From a virus (taxonomy: Duplodnaviria; Heunggongvirae; Uroviricota; Caudoviricetes): 20,577 nt of DNA. Every line of letters starts with the position of its first letter. Within the stretch, counting starts at the first letter, position 1. Below are positions 1-7,778 of this stretch, one piece after another. The notes under the pieces were generated by a model. That model made no database searches, had not been told where the DNA came from, and worked only from the letters and a program-made list of their open reading frames with translations. Made by a program: the position numbers and the translations under genes. The stretch lies in IMG/VR virus record IMGVR_UViG_2695420478_000010; one strand, 5' to 3'.

Positions 1-214
1 CATAAGTGCGATCGACCGCCTTTTTCAGGTCTCCGTAATTATCCGGCGGCTCCGGTGGCCTCTGTGCCTTCCTGGAACATTCCAGCCGTCGCATCGTGAT
101 GTGATGCCGTTCCTTGTCTGTCTCCACCAGCATCATGACTTCACCCCATCGCGCCGCCGCCCTCCGGTAAAATCCTTTCGCTTCGAGTTCTTCCGCTATG
201 CGGTCATGTACCAT
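1..214 (-). CDS. Partial ORF (N-terminal 71 codons, continues past window start), PerC-like regulator family suspected
   Basis: Open frame from ATG at 214 to position 1 with GGGGGTGA RBS between it and the SSB stop; motif AEELEAKGFYRRAAARW resembles the PerC family signature as I recall it. Confidence 0.4.
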   Translation of the reverse strand, partial: MVHDRIAEELEAKGFYRRAAARWGEVMMLVETDKERHHITMRRLECSRKAQRPPEPPDNYGDLKKAVDRTY

Positions 215-224
215 CGTCACCCCC

Positions 225-635
225 TCAGAACGGAATATCATCACCGTAAGGGTCATCGCCTCCCGCTGGTGGCTGATTACCCTGTGCGCCTGTGGTTTTG
301 CGTCTGTTCCCGCCAGGACGTGCCGCACGGGCACTGATTACGCTGTCTGCAATAACCTGATAACCCTGACGCGTCTCCCCGTTCTGTCCGGTCCACTGGC
401 TGACCTGCATCGTGCCGGATACGCTGGCAACGTCGCCTTTTTGATGTTTAGCCAGGAAGTCGGCCTGCTTACCAAATGCGATGACCGATAGCCATAACGT
501 CGCCTGTCCGTCCTGTGCCTGACTGCATGGCAGTGATACCGCCATACGCGCCAGCGTCATCGGTGTACCCTTGCTGGTCTGTTTTACCTGCGGGTCGTCC
601 ACCAGCCGCCCGTAAGCTGCAATTTGTGCTGTCAT
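225..635 (-). CDS. ssb: Single-stranded DNA-binding protein (SSB) encoded by the element
   Basis: 136-aa ORF with GAGGTGG RBS; glycine-rich C-terminal region ending in the acidic tail DDIPF characteristic of bacterial and phage SSBs. Confidence 0.8.
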   Translation of the reverse strand: MTAQIAAYGRLVDDPQVKQTSKGTPMTLARMAVSLPCSQAQDGQATLWLSVIAFGKQADFLAKHQKGDVASVSGTMQVSQWTGQNGETRQGYQVIADSVISARAARPGGNRRKTTGAQGNQPPAGGDDPYGDDIPF

Positions 636-644
636 ATTGCCACC

Positions 645-950
645 TCAGTGAAGCGATCCGGCGTTATTCTTTTTCATCTCTTCCATCATTTTTTCAGTGA
701 GCATTACGCACTGAAAACCCATGTTTTTGATGTCTACGGGTTTCATGCCTTTGTCAGTGGATATCACAGGCAGAATATCCTGATACACATCGCGGTCAGG
801 GTAACTAAGCACACAAAGCGCCCATGATGCCACGGGTGAGGATCCTTCGTCTGTTTCAACCCACCAGCCTGGTGTAGCTGCGCTTATTTGCTGAATCGTG
901 ATCCGTCCGTTGTGCTTGTAAAGTTTTTCACCAAATTTTGGTTCGCTCAT
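645..950 (-). CDS. Hypothetical protein (101 aa)
   Basis: ORF with GGAGAG RBS; its ATG overlaps the stop of the upstream ORF (ATGA), indicating translational coupling. No recognisable motifs. Confidence 0.5.
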   Translation of the reverse strand: MSEPKFGEKLYKHNGRITIQQISAATPGWWVETDEGSSPVASWALCVLSYPDRDVYQDILPVISTDKGMKPVDIKNMGFQCVMLTEKMMEEMKKNNAGSLH

Positions 951-1198
951 GATTTCAACTCTCCGGTTTTAACGTTGATGGTTGTTACCTGTTCCGCTTC
1001 GGCAATCTCCCGTTCTGTCAACGTGGCAAAGTTTGCCGCTGCTGTGGTCATGAATGCGCTTATCAGGTCGGGATGTTCCTTCGCGTATCCTTCCCCTACG
1101 TGTCGGTCTATCGTTCTGATTGCCACCTTTAAGGCCAGCTCTGTTATATCTAACGCTTTATATTTCGGCTCTGTTCTGTCTCTGCGTGTTCTGGTCAT
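947..1198 (-). CDS. Hypothetical protein (about 83 aa from the ATG at 1198; the ORF track's longer start at 1231 lies in the AT-rich stretch)
   Basis: GAGGTGG RBS precedes the ATG at 1198; first gene downstream of the iteron cluster. Confidence 0.45.
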   Translation of the reverse strand: MTRTRRDRTEPKYKALDITELALKVAIRTIDRHVGEGYAKEHPDLISAFMTTAAANFATLTEREIAEAEQVTTINVKTGELKS

Positions 1199-1227
1199 TT
1201 GCCACCTCAATTTATATATATATAGAA

Positions 1228-1550
1228 ACATGTGCGGGTTATGCGGGTTATTGGGTTATCTTAGCGTGCTAACCATTTTTTACCCTTTTATATCAGCATG
1301 TTGCAAAACACCCTGTTTATTATTTGCTCACCACGTAACCCGCAAAACGCTCAAAATAACCCGCAAACGGGGTTTTTTCTGCGGGTTACGCATGACTGTC
1401 CGGTGTTACTTCAGTTATTCGCCTGCGGGTTATAATCGTGCTTTTGCGGGTTATAAATGCCCTTTTGCGGGTTACGTGCGGGTTATTGATTTCCTTTATA
1501 TTCATACACTTAATACACTTATACACAGGATAACCCGCATAACCCGCAAT
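1228..1550. repeat. Iteron cluster: about 12 copies of TGCGGGTTAY in both orientations; probable replication origin
   Basis: Copies at about 1233, 1243, 1380, 1424, 1445, 1466, 1478 (forward) and 1336, 1366, 1530, 1540 (reverse: TAACCCGCA), plus a degenerate copy near 1251; preceded by TATATATATATA at 1212-1225; immediately downstream of the primase gene. Confidence 0.6.
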
Positions 1551-1570
1551 TTTTTTCCTCACACAGGGGA

Positions 1571-3703
1571 TTAATCTTCATCATCAGGCTGGAACATCAG
1601 CACGTAAAAAACATGCTGCTTACCCCCAATCTTGCCCAGCGCCTTTTTTTTGTATCGGCGATCGCTTCCCTTCTCCAGCATTCCGGCAGCATCCAGGGCA
1701 CGCGCAAAATGCGCCGGATTAAATCCCTTCGCTATCTCACTCTCAAACACGTGCGGGAACGTGTAATAGCGCATCTCGTCATCTTCGTTGCGAATGCTCC
1801 CTTTTCTGTATCCGGCAAGCTCTTTAATCGGTAAATCACGCTCATCTGTATTGGGGTACGGAAGGTAGCGGCTAAACCCAAACGACGACAAAAACGCCTC
1901 AGCCTGTTCAACCATCTGTTTAAATTCCCTGTTACCCGTGCCGAACTCCTTCACCCAGGCATTAAAGTTATGCTGTATCGCGTCGCGGCATTCCTGCACG
2001 ACCCAGCCAGTTACATGACCGGAAAGCACAAGCGCGGCCTCCAGTATGGCGAAACGTTCACCCACGCGGTGGACCTGCTCGCCGTAACTCTCCGGTATCA
2101 GGTTGCGCCACCGTTCGCGGCATTCCCTTACCGTGTCCTTTGCCTCCTGCTGGTGGCCTGCCAGCCATTTAACCCACTCACGACCCGCCGCCCCGTGATT
2201 TGCTGTCCAGGCATCCTTTAACGCGTCAGCATGTTCCTTACCGTTGCTGTATTCGTGAAATTTCGTGGCTTTTTCCATCGGAACGTTAAGCAGTCGGACA
2301 AGCTGCCCCGCCTTAACTTTTATCCCCTCACTTTTGAGGAATGTCTCAACGTCCATTTCTCCGGTGCTGATTGCCACCGTTCGCCAGTGTTTGATCTCCC
2401 TGTTGCCGCCATCCTTCGCCCCCTGCAATTTCCCTGAACCGTTAAACAGCGTATAAGCAGACGTTGACACTTCCCGCGCATTTCCGGCCTGGCCTATCTC
2501 ATCCAGTGGTAAAAGCCCGTCATTATGGGCCTCGGCCTCATTGGCAATACCTAACGCCGTGCCGTACCAGGTCAGCCGCTGCGCGTCCGGCTCTCCCCAT
2601 AAACTTGATGCGATGTTCTGCGTGGTGGTCTTACCTGCCGATGACTGTTCGAAAAGATGCACCCCGAAGCCGTCAGCACCCACAAGGCCAATTAAAGGCG
2701 CTGCCAGTGACGTTGCCACACCCAGTATCATTGAGGCATTACCGCCAGCCAGCCGCGCCACGCTGTCGCGCCAGCCATCCGCCGTGCCCGCCACGGAATA
2801 ACCGTTAATCGCGGCGCTTTTTCCGGTAAACAGGATCGGTTTTTCAGATTCACCAATGATCGAACCGTCCGGCATGATGTACGCGCCAAAATGCCAGCCC
2901 GTTGTTGTGCTTAACTGCCATTCCTCATGGCTTCCGCTTAACTGCATCCAGTCCGCCAGGATTGCCCTGTATTTGCCGTTGGTTGTCACGTTCAGCCCGT
3001 GATCTTTAAGTAACCGCCAGCCGTCACGGTCGCCGATACCACCACACGGGATCGCCATTGTGATGACTTCATGGTTTGCGGTTTTTTTCCAGCGCATCAC
3101 GCGGTAATGCTCTTTACCGATCGTCCCCGTTCCCAGTAGTTCAAGCGGAGAACATAACCACGTCTCAGGCCGGATAATTTCGCCTGACTGCTTATCCACT
3201 TTGGGCGTTACCCAGAAAACACCATCGGCGCGACTTTCAACGCGTGGCTTTAATTCGTCATCGCTATGGCTTCCGGTATCTTTTTTCTTTACCGGAAACT
3301 CAATAACCAGACCATCAGAAAGATTCTGCCGCTCACGGGCCAGATATTCGCGCCAGTTCTCCACCTTCTGACCGTGCATACCCTCAGGATAAAAATTTGC
3401 ATCCTGTACACCAGCCGCCGCCAGCTTTTGACCAATCGCCTTGATCATTACTGGTGCAAGATGTCCGGCCCTGAATATGCGCACGGATTTTCTGCCTTCC
3501 GGCACAATTTGCAGCTTATCCAGTTCTGATAACTGCTGCTCCCCAAGCCACACAGGAGGCACATTATCGCCGGATGCGGGGCCGTCCTGCTCCTGCCACT
3601 GTTTTGCATGTGCCCACGCATCACTACCCGCGAAAATAATCACCTCTGTGTCTTTGTGTTTTATTCCGCGTGGCTGTTTTTTTACGTTCGGTGCCAGTTT
3701 CAT
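1571..3703 (-). CDS. P4-type primase/helicase (alpha-like replication protein, DUF927-type NTPase)
   Basis: 710-aa ORF with AGGGGT RBS; Walker A-like FEQSSAGKTTTQ and Walker B-like LLPLDEIG; start overlaps the upstream ORF stop (ATGA). Confidence 0.88.
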   Translation of the reverse strand: MKLAPNVKKQPRGIKHKDTEVIIFAGSDAWAHAKQWQEQDGPASGDNVPPVWLGEQQLSELDKLQIVPEGRKSVRIFRAGHLAPVMIKAIGQKLAAAGVQDANFYPEGMHGQKVENWREYLARERQNLSDGLVIEFPVKKKDTGSHSDDELKPRVESRADGVFWVTPKVDKQSGEIIRPETWLCSPLELLGTGTIGKEHYRVMRWKKTANHEVITMAIPCGGIGDRDGWRLLKDHGLNVTTNGKYRAILADWMQLSGSHEEWQLSTTTGWHFGAYIMPDGSIIGESEKPILFTGKSAAINGYSVAGTADGWRDSVARLAGGNASMILGVATSLAAPLIGLVGADGFGVHLFEQSSAGKTTTQNIASSLWGEPDAQRLTWYGTALGIANEAEAHNDGLLPLDEIGQAGNAREVSTSAYTLFNGSGKLQGAKDGGNREIKHWRTVAISTGEMDVETFLKSEGIKVKAGQLVRLLNVPMEKATKFHEYSNGKEHADALKDAWTANHGAAGREWVKWLAGHQQEAKDTVRECRERWRNLIPESYGEQVHRVGERFAILEAALVLSGHVTGWVVQECRDAIQHNFNAWVKEFGTGNREFKQMVEQAEAFLSSFGFSRYLPYPNTDERDLPIKELAGYRKGSIRNEDDEMRYYTFPHVFESEIAKGFNPAHFARALDAAGMLEKGSDRRYKKKALGKIGGKQHVFYVLMFQPDDED

Positions 3704-3999
3704 TTTTTACCCCTGAATACGTTAAGCATCTTTTTTATTTCCTGAATATTGGCGCGTGCTTTCTCCCTGCTGGTTGGTTTACTGCGGGGCGCTGCCTGTA
3801 CCAGAGAAAAATCACGCCGGAACTGATAAACAGGCATCACGCAATCATATTCGTAGCCTTCACGATGGTAGGTTACGCGCCGTTCCTCCACGCCCTTAAT
3901 CATTACCGTGCCGCCGTACTTATCGCGGTAAATATCCCCGCACATGAATTTAGTGCGAGTTTTGCCGCTGGCAGTTAAGCCAGAATATTTAAGTTTCAT
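3700..3999 (-). CDS. Hypothetical protein (99 aa), translationally coupled to the primase
   Basis: GGAGAA RBS; stop overlaps the primase ATG. No recognisable motifs. Confidence 0.55.
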   Translation of the reverse strand: MKLKYSGLTASGKTRTKFMCGDIYRDKYGGTVMIKGVEERRVTYHREGYEYDCVMPVYQFRRDFSLVQAAPRSKPTSREKARANIQEIKKMLNVFRGKK

Positions 4000-4004
4000 T
4001 ATTT

Positions 4005-4268
4005 TTATTCTCCGATAGCGTGACCTGATAAGCCGTTAATCTTCTCTGATATGCTCTCTATTTTGCTGGTTGAACTATCCAGTAATTCAGAAACGGCTAA
4101 TATTAATCTTGCGGTTGATTCATCGCGTTCATTATTCGCCAGCGACTGAAGCCACATGTTCATTACTTCGTTCGCTGCGTTGTTTAAAGATATTGCGCTG
4201 TTGGCAAGGCTTCTTAATTCACTGGTCGCCAGTTTGTTATTGTTCATAGCGTTTAAATCTCTCATCAA
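4005..4268 (-). CDS. Hypothetical protein (about 86-87 aa; start TTG 4268 or ATG 4265)
   Basis: ORF in the coupled operon; weak RBS, start uncertain. Confidence 0.45.
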   Translation of the reverse strand: MMRDLNAMNNNKLATSELRSLANSAISLNNAANEVMNMWLQSLANNERDESTARLILAVSELLDSSTSKIESISEKINGLSGHAIGE

Positions 4269-4428
4269 TTAACCACAGCGCAACACTTCCAGAAAGTTTT
4301 GCCAGAAGGCCAGCTAATGCGGATATATCACCATCATTTAATTTATCAGGGTATACCTCAAGAAGGCGGCAAATAATTTCTGTCTGGTGCGCACGTTCAG
4401 CGGCTTCGTGTAATGTAATTTCCTTCAT
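4237..4428 (-). CDS. Hypothetical protein (63 aa)
   Basis: Strong AAGAGGTG RBS; ATG overlaps the stop of the upstream ORF (TAATG). Confidence 0.5.
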   Translation of the reverse strand: MKEITLHEAAERAHQTEIICRLLEVYPDKLNDGDISALAGLLAKLSGSVALWLIDERFKRYEQ

Positions 4429-4613
4429 TAATGCACCTCTTTTAATTCATACACTGCTGAAATAATGACTTGTGATAAGCCATATTCTGATGATTCGCTT
4501 CTCACCGCAGCAATAGCCGTCTGAACATTAACAGCCTTCACATTCTGAGCGATACCAATTGTGTGGCCTAGTGGGTTAACAGCGCTGGCAAATACACGGA
4601 AGGTTTTAAGCAT
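4428..4613 (-). CDS. Hypothetical protein (about 61 aa from ATG at 4613), first gene of the primase operon
   Basis: GGGGGTG RBS 4 nt upstream of the ATG at 4613; the track's longer start at 4655 has no RBS. Confidence 0.45.
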   Translation of the reverse strand: MLKTFRVFASAVNPLGHTIGIAQNVKAVNVQTAIAAVRSESSEYGLSQVIISAVYELKEVH

Positions 4614-4937
4614 GGCACACCCCCTGACGAATACGGGCGGCAAATACAGCAACACAACCTGACGGGCAACGGCTACGCGCTTCGCGTTCCGTCCAGGCGG
4701 TTACGTGGATGATTTGAGATTCTCCGGCACTCAGTGCCAGAAAACGCCACACAAAGGCCGTTTGTGTGTGTACAAGGTGTGGTATATGATTTACAGCAAC
4801 CATAACGGCTCCTAGTTTACGTTGTTGGTTAGAAGCACTGCGAGTGGTAATGACACTTGCGGGGCTTTGCTTTTTTAAGTGCTCTTGTGTTAAGGTGACC
4901 ACCTAACAATAGAAAGGCTAATTCAATAGGTGACCAC

Positions 4938-5129
4938 TTGTCAACAATCAAACGCGATAAAAGCCCTAAAGGGGACGGGCAATCCCCACAATTCAGAATG
5001 CGAATTTCTCCAGAGCTAAAAGAGCAATTCGATAAAGAAGCACAGAGCGACGGCATAAGCCTAGCCAACTGGCTTAAAGAGTTGGGGCGTACTGAACTAA
5101 AGCGGCGCGGTATAGAACCCAAAGGATAA
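4938..5129 (+). CDS. Small ribbon-helix-helix-like protein, putative regulator (TTG start at 4938 or ATG at 4998)
   Basis: AGGTGA RBS 4 nt before the TTG; segment RMRISPELKEQFDKEAQSDGISLANWLKELGR fits an RHH (Arc/CopG-like) pattern; divergent from the primase operon. Confidence 0.4.
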   Translation: MSTIKRDKSPKGDGQSPQFRMRISPELKEQFDKEAQSDGISLANWLKELGRTELKRRGIEPKG

Positions 5130-5171
5130 AAACTATCAGCGCCGTGGTGTGAGGTATTACGGCGCATTGCT

Positions 5172-5360
5172 ATGCAGGACAACACAATGACCGATAAAGA
5201 ATTGACCAAAACATTATCACCGGCACGGAAAAGACGGCGCAGAAAGATAGAGCATGAATCAGAAAGATTCGCGCCATGTGCTTTTGCCCTTGAGCAATTC
5301 CTTAAAGAGTACAGGGAAAAGCGCTCATTGCAGGTATGGCAACGAACTGAACCAGACTGA
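5172..5360 (+). CDS. Possible small basic protein (62 aa), doubtful
   Basis: ORF following the RHH-like ORF; poor RBS; contains a KRRRRK basic patch. Confidence 0.25.
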   Translation: MQDNTMTDKELTKTLSPARKRRRRKIEHESERFAPCAFALEQFLKEYREKRSLQVWQRTEPD

Positions 5361-5424
5361 TAGCATTGCCCACCAGCCAACAACCTGGTATTCTGGATAT
5401 GCTCAAGTTTAGTGTTATGCCACT

Positions 5425-5453
5425 GGCGGCCCTCTGCGGTCGCCTTTGTTTTA
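5425..5453 (+). terminator. Candidate rho-independent terminator for the plus-strand small ORFs
   Basis: GGCGGCC / GGTCGCC stem (one G-U pair), 6-nt loop, then TTTGTTTTA. Confidence 0.35.
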
Positions 5454-5471
5454 TGTGTCATATGCCCCCCT

Positions 5472-5696
5472 TTACGCTGCCTTGCCTGAATTAATACGAT
5501 CCCGGCTTTTAACCCATTCCATAACCTCGGAAAGCAGCCAACCTACTGAACGACCACCCAGATTACGGCGTGACGGGAAATTCCCTTTTTTCTCCAGTTC
5601 GTAGCGTGTAGTGCGGCACACTCCTGTTAACTTACGGCATTCATCCTCACGGATTACGCGATCTGATAGTGATTGAAATTGTGTATTTTGATTCAT
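5472..5696 (-). CDS. alpA: AlpA-family phage transcriptional regulator / excisionase-like HTH protein
   Basis: 74-aa ORF; central region LTGVCRTTRYELEKKGNFP and C-terminal SVGWLLSEVMEWV match the AlpA/Vis (HTH_17) pattern. Confidence 0.7.
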   Translation of the reverse strand: MNQNTQFQSLSDRVIREDECRKLTGVCRTTRYELEKKGNFPSRRNLGGRSVGWLLSEVMEWVKSRDRINSGKAA

Positions 5697-5731
5697 AAAA
5701 AAACGTCCTCGAACGTTGCCGAACGAGGACG
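5697..5731 (-). terminator. Stem-loop plus T-run on the minus strand, directly abutting the alpA start codon
   Basis: CGTCCTCG (5704-5711) pairs with CGAGGACG (5724-5731), 12-nt loop, followed on the minus strand by TTTTTT and then the alpA ATG. Confidence 0.5.
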
Positions 5732-5787
5732 ATTCTAGGCGGTAGTAAAACGCCGTTTGTGTGATATCACACTACCAGCACGTGATA

Positions 5788-6561
5788 TCACTTTTTACGT
5801 TTTTGTTGAGATTCACGCCCCAAATACTTTTGCCATGTCTGCCAATGTGTTTTTGGAAATTCTATCCCTCTGGATGCAGCTATAGAATCAATTAAATCTG
5901 CTATTTTAGGTAATGATTCCGTGTCCAGGTCTACATCACCCATTTCTGGAATAAGTTTAATTAAAGAGTAAATAACCTCATTCCTTTTTGACGATGCTTT
6001 TGGGCTATCTTCTGTTATCTTCGGGAAGTCTCCCGTATTTTTTATATTATCTAAATCACTAGCCATCACACACAAATAGTTAACATCAAATTCATAACCA
6101 CCCTTACAAAAAACATACATGAGATTATCATCACCATACTTATTCGTAAGATGAGAACATTTTATATATTGTCTCATGCTAAATTCGACATCAGCAAAAA
6201 CATATGCCGGAGTATAATAAAACCCTGATAAGCTGCTAACATAATAACATTTGATAGAATTCCCTACAGGACCAATAATGGCACTATCTAAAAATTCAGT
6301 GTCACCAGTTAAACCAACTGTAAAATTACTTCCAAAAACAGCAGATTCATCATTGAAAGGATATTTTATTAATTCTTCCTCATTACAACCATTGATAAAA
6401 TGACATAATGAAAAATTGAATTTTTTAGCATCAATTTTTGGTATATATACAGAAATATTAAGAGCACCTATATATGCGTAATGATAAAGATCTTTTATTG
6501 CACAGCCTAACTTTTCTGCCGCTTCAGGTAACGGATAATAGAGTCTTTTAGGTAATTTCAT
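5788..6561 (-). CDS. Hypothetical protein (257 aa), AT-rich accessory gene translationally coupled to the integrase
   Basis: Long uninterrupted ORF in visibly AT-rich DNA; GAAGGTGG RBS inside the integrase 3' end; ATG overlaps the integrase TGA (ATGA). No motif I can recognise. Confidence 0.7.
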   Translation of the reverse strand: MKLPKRLYYPLPEAAEKLGCAIKDLYHYAYIGALNISVYIPKIDAKKFNFSLCHFINGCNEEELIKYPFNDESAVFGSNFTVGLTGDTEFLDSAIIGPVGNSIKCYYVSSLSGFYYTPAYVFADVEFSMRQYIKCSHLTNKYGDDNLMYVFCKGGYEFDVNYLCVMASDLDNIKNTGDFPKITEDSPKASSKRNEVIYSLIKLIPEMGDVDLDTESLPKIADLIDSIAASRGIEFPKTHWQTWQKYLGRESQQKRKK

Positions 6562-7778
6562 TTGGCCACCTTCAGCATAACAATATTTTCATGATTTCCA
6601 GCCAGCACATCGAGGCGCTCAACCCACAGATTCAGAGCGTCCCGCTTCGCCTGTAAATAGCGTGAATGGTTATAGGTTTTTTGCTGACCGGGCATCTGAT
6701 GCGCTGTGATGTGCTCCACGATATGCGGATCGACACCTAAATCGTTCAGCATCGTTGTAAACGTGTGGCGAAAGTCATGCAGTGACCAATGTTCCTGGTT
6801 AAGCCGCTTATGCGCATTTCGCCCATATTGCGCTACCGTGGTATCTTTTTTCAGTTCTCCGAGCAATAACCCTGTATGCCGGTTCTGATCCACCAGCTTC
6901 TGAATGAACGGCAAAATGCCATCGGGGATTGGCCTGAATATCGTTACCTTCGTTTTGCTGTGCTCTTTTGGCACTGTCCACAACATTTCTTTCAGATCCC
7001 ATTCTTTGATCTCTGAAAGTCTGACCTCTGCAGTTCTGCACCCGAACACAATCAGCAAGCGCATTAACGCGCTGTAGTAAGGCGCGAACACATCACCATC
7101 AATAGCGCGTAAAATTTCCTTTAATTCGCTGTTACTGTGCACCCTCTCGCGAATTTCTGCTCTCTTACCCACATCGCTGACGATCAAATCGTCCAGGGCA
7201 TTACTGAACGCGTAGCGTCTCCTGCGGCAGAACTTTAGCGCCTGTTTGCAGGTTTGCATGACGTGCCCCGCTGCTACTGGTGCTTTTTTTCGTACACGGT
7301 CAAAACATGCGATCCACTGCCTTGTGTCGCATTTATCAAGAGGAATTGCCCCTATATGGCAAATGATGTGCTTATCCATACGTTGCACCAGCTTTATGTA
7401 GTCTTTGCGGTTATCCTTCGCATATTCCTCCAGCCAGTAGTTAATCGCCTCCTTCACCGTAACGGGTTTTAGCGCTTCCTGTACTGTGGCGCACAACTCA
7501 TAACGGGGGTTTTTACCCTCAGCCAGCCATGCCCGGCACTGTGCGCGTTTTTCCCTTGCAGCTTTCAGCGACAATTCAGGGTAAGCCCCCAGCTTTAACC
7601 GCTCTGCGGCAACCTCACGGCCTCCCGTTCGGTACCGGAAATACCAGGTTAATTTTCCGCCTTTTGAGTGTTTAATCTCCAGCCCGCCCCCGTCGGAGTA
7701 AAAACGCTCTTTTTCTGCCTGGACAGCCGCCAATTTTTTTAATGTCGAATCGCTCAGTTTGTTTAGTGCTTTTCCCAC
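6558..7778 (-). CDS. int: Tyrosine site-specific integrase, P4-like family (GTG start)
   Basis: 406-aa ORF with AAGAGGA RBS; N-terminal arm-binding-type region (GGGLEIKHSKGGKLTWYFRYR); C-terminal catalytic region LHDFRHTF ... HSRY. Confidence 0.92.
   Translation of the reverse strand: MGKALNKLSDSTLKKLAAVQAEKERFYSDGGGLEIKHSKGGKLTWYFRYRTGGREVAAERLKLGAYPELSLKAAREKRAQCRAWLAEGKNPRYELCATVQEALKPVTVKEAINYWLEEYAKDNRKDYIKLVQRMDKHIICHIGAIPLDKCDTRQWIACFDRVRKKAPVAAGHVMQTCKQALKFCRRRRYAFSNALDDLIVSDVGKRAEIRERVHSNSELKEILRAIDGDVFAPYYSALMRLLIVFGCRTAEVRLSEIKEWDLKEMLWTVPKEHSKTKVTIFRPIPDGILPFIQKLVDQNRHTGLLLGELKKDTTVAQYGRNAHKRLNQEHWSLHDFRHTFTTMLNDLGVDPHIVEHITAHQMPGQQKTYNHSRYLQAKRDALNLWVERLDVLAGNHENIVMLKVAK

Noticed and set aside
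101-491. Two plus-strand ORFs (78 and 97 aa) at the left edge
   Set aside because: Antisense to the SSB and PerC-like frames, which have RBSs and recognisable motifs.
1228-1550. Possible CRISPR array suggested by the many short repeats
   Set aside because: Repeats are 9-10 bp, occur in both orientations with irregular spacing, and there are no uniform spacers or cas genes; iterons fit better.
888-1574. 228-aa plus-strand ORF spanning the iteron cluster
   Set aside because: Overlaps two minus-strand genes with good RBSs and runs through the repeat array; repetitive low-complexity translation; no RBS.
1613-3716. Multiple 68-114 aa plus-strand ORFs opposite the primase gene
   Set aside because: Antisense to the 710-aa primase frame with clear NTPase motifs; proline/arginine-rich translations typical of GC-rich antisense frames.
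4606-4902. 98-aa minus-strand ORF in the divergent switch region
   Set aside because: Overlaps the start of the adjacent operon gene, has no RBS and covers the palindromic regulatory region.
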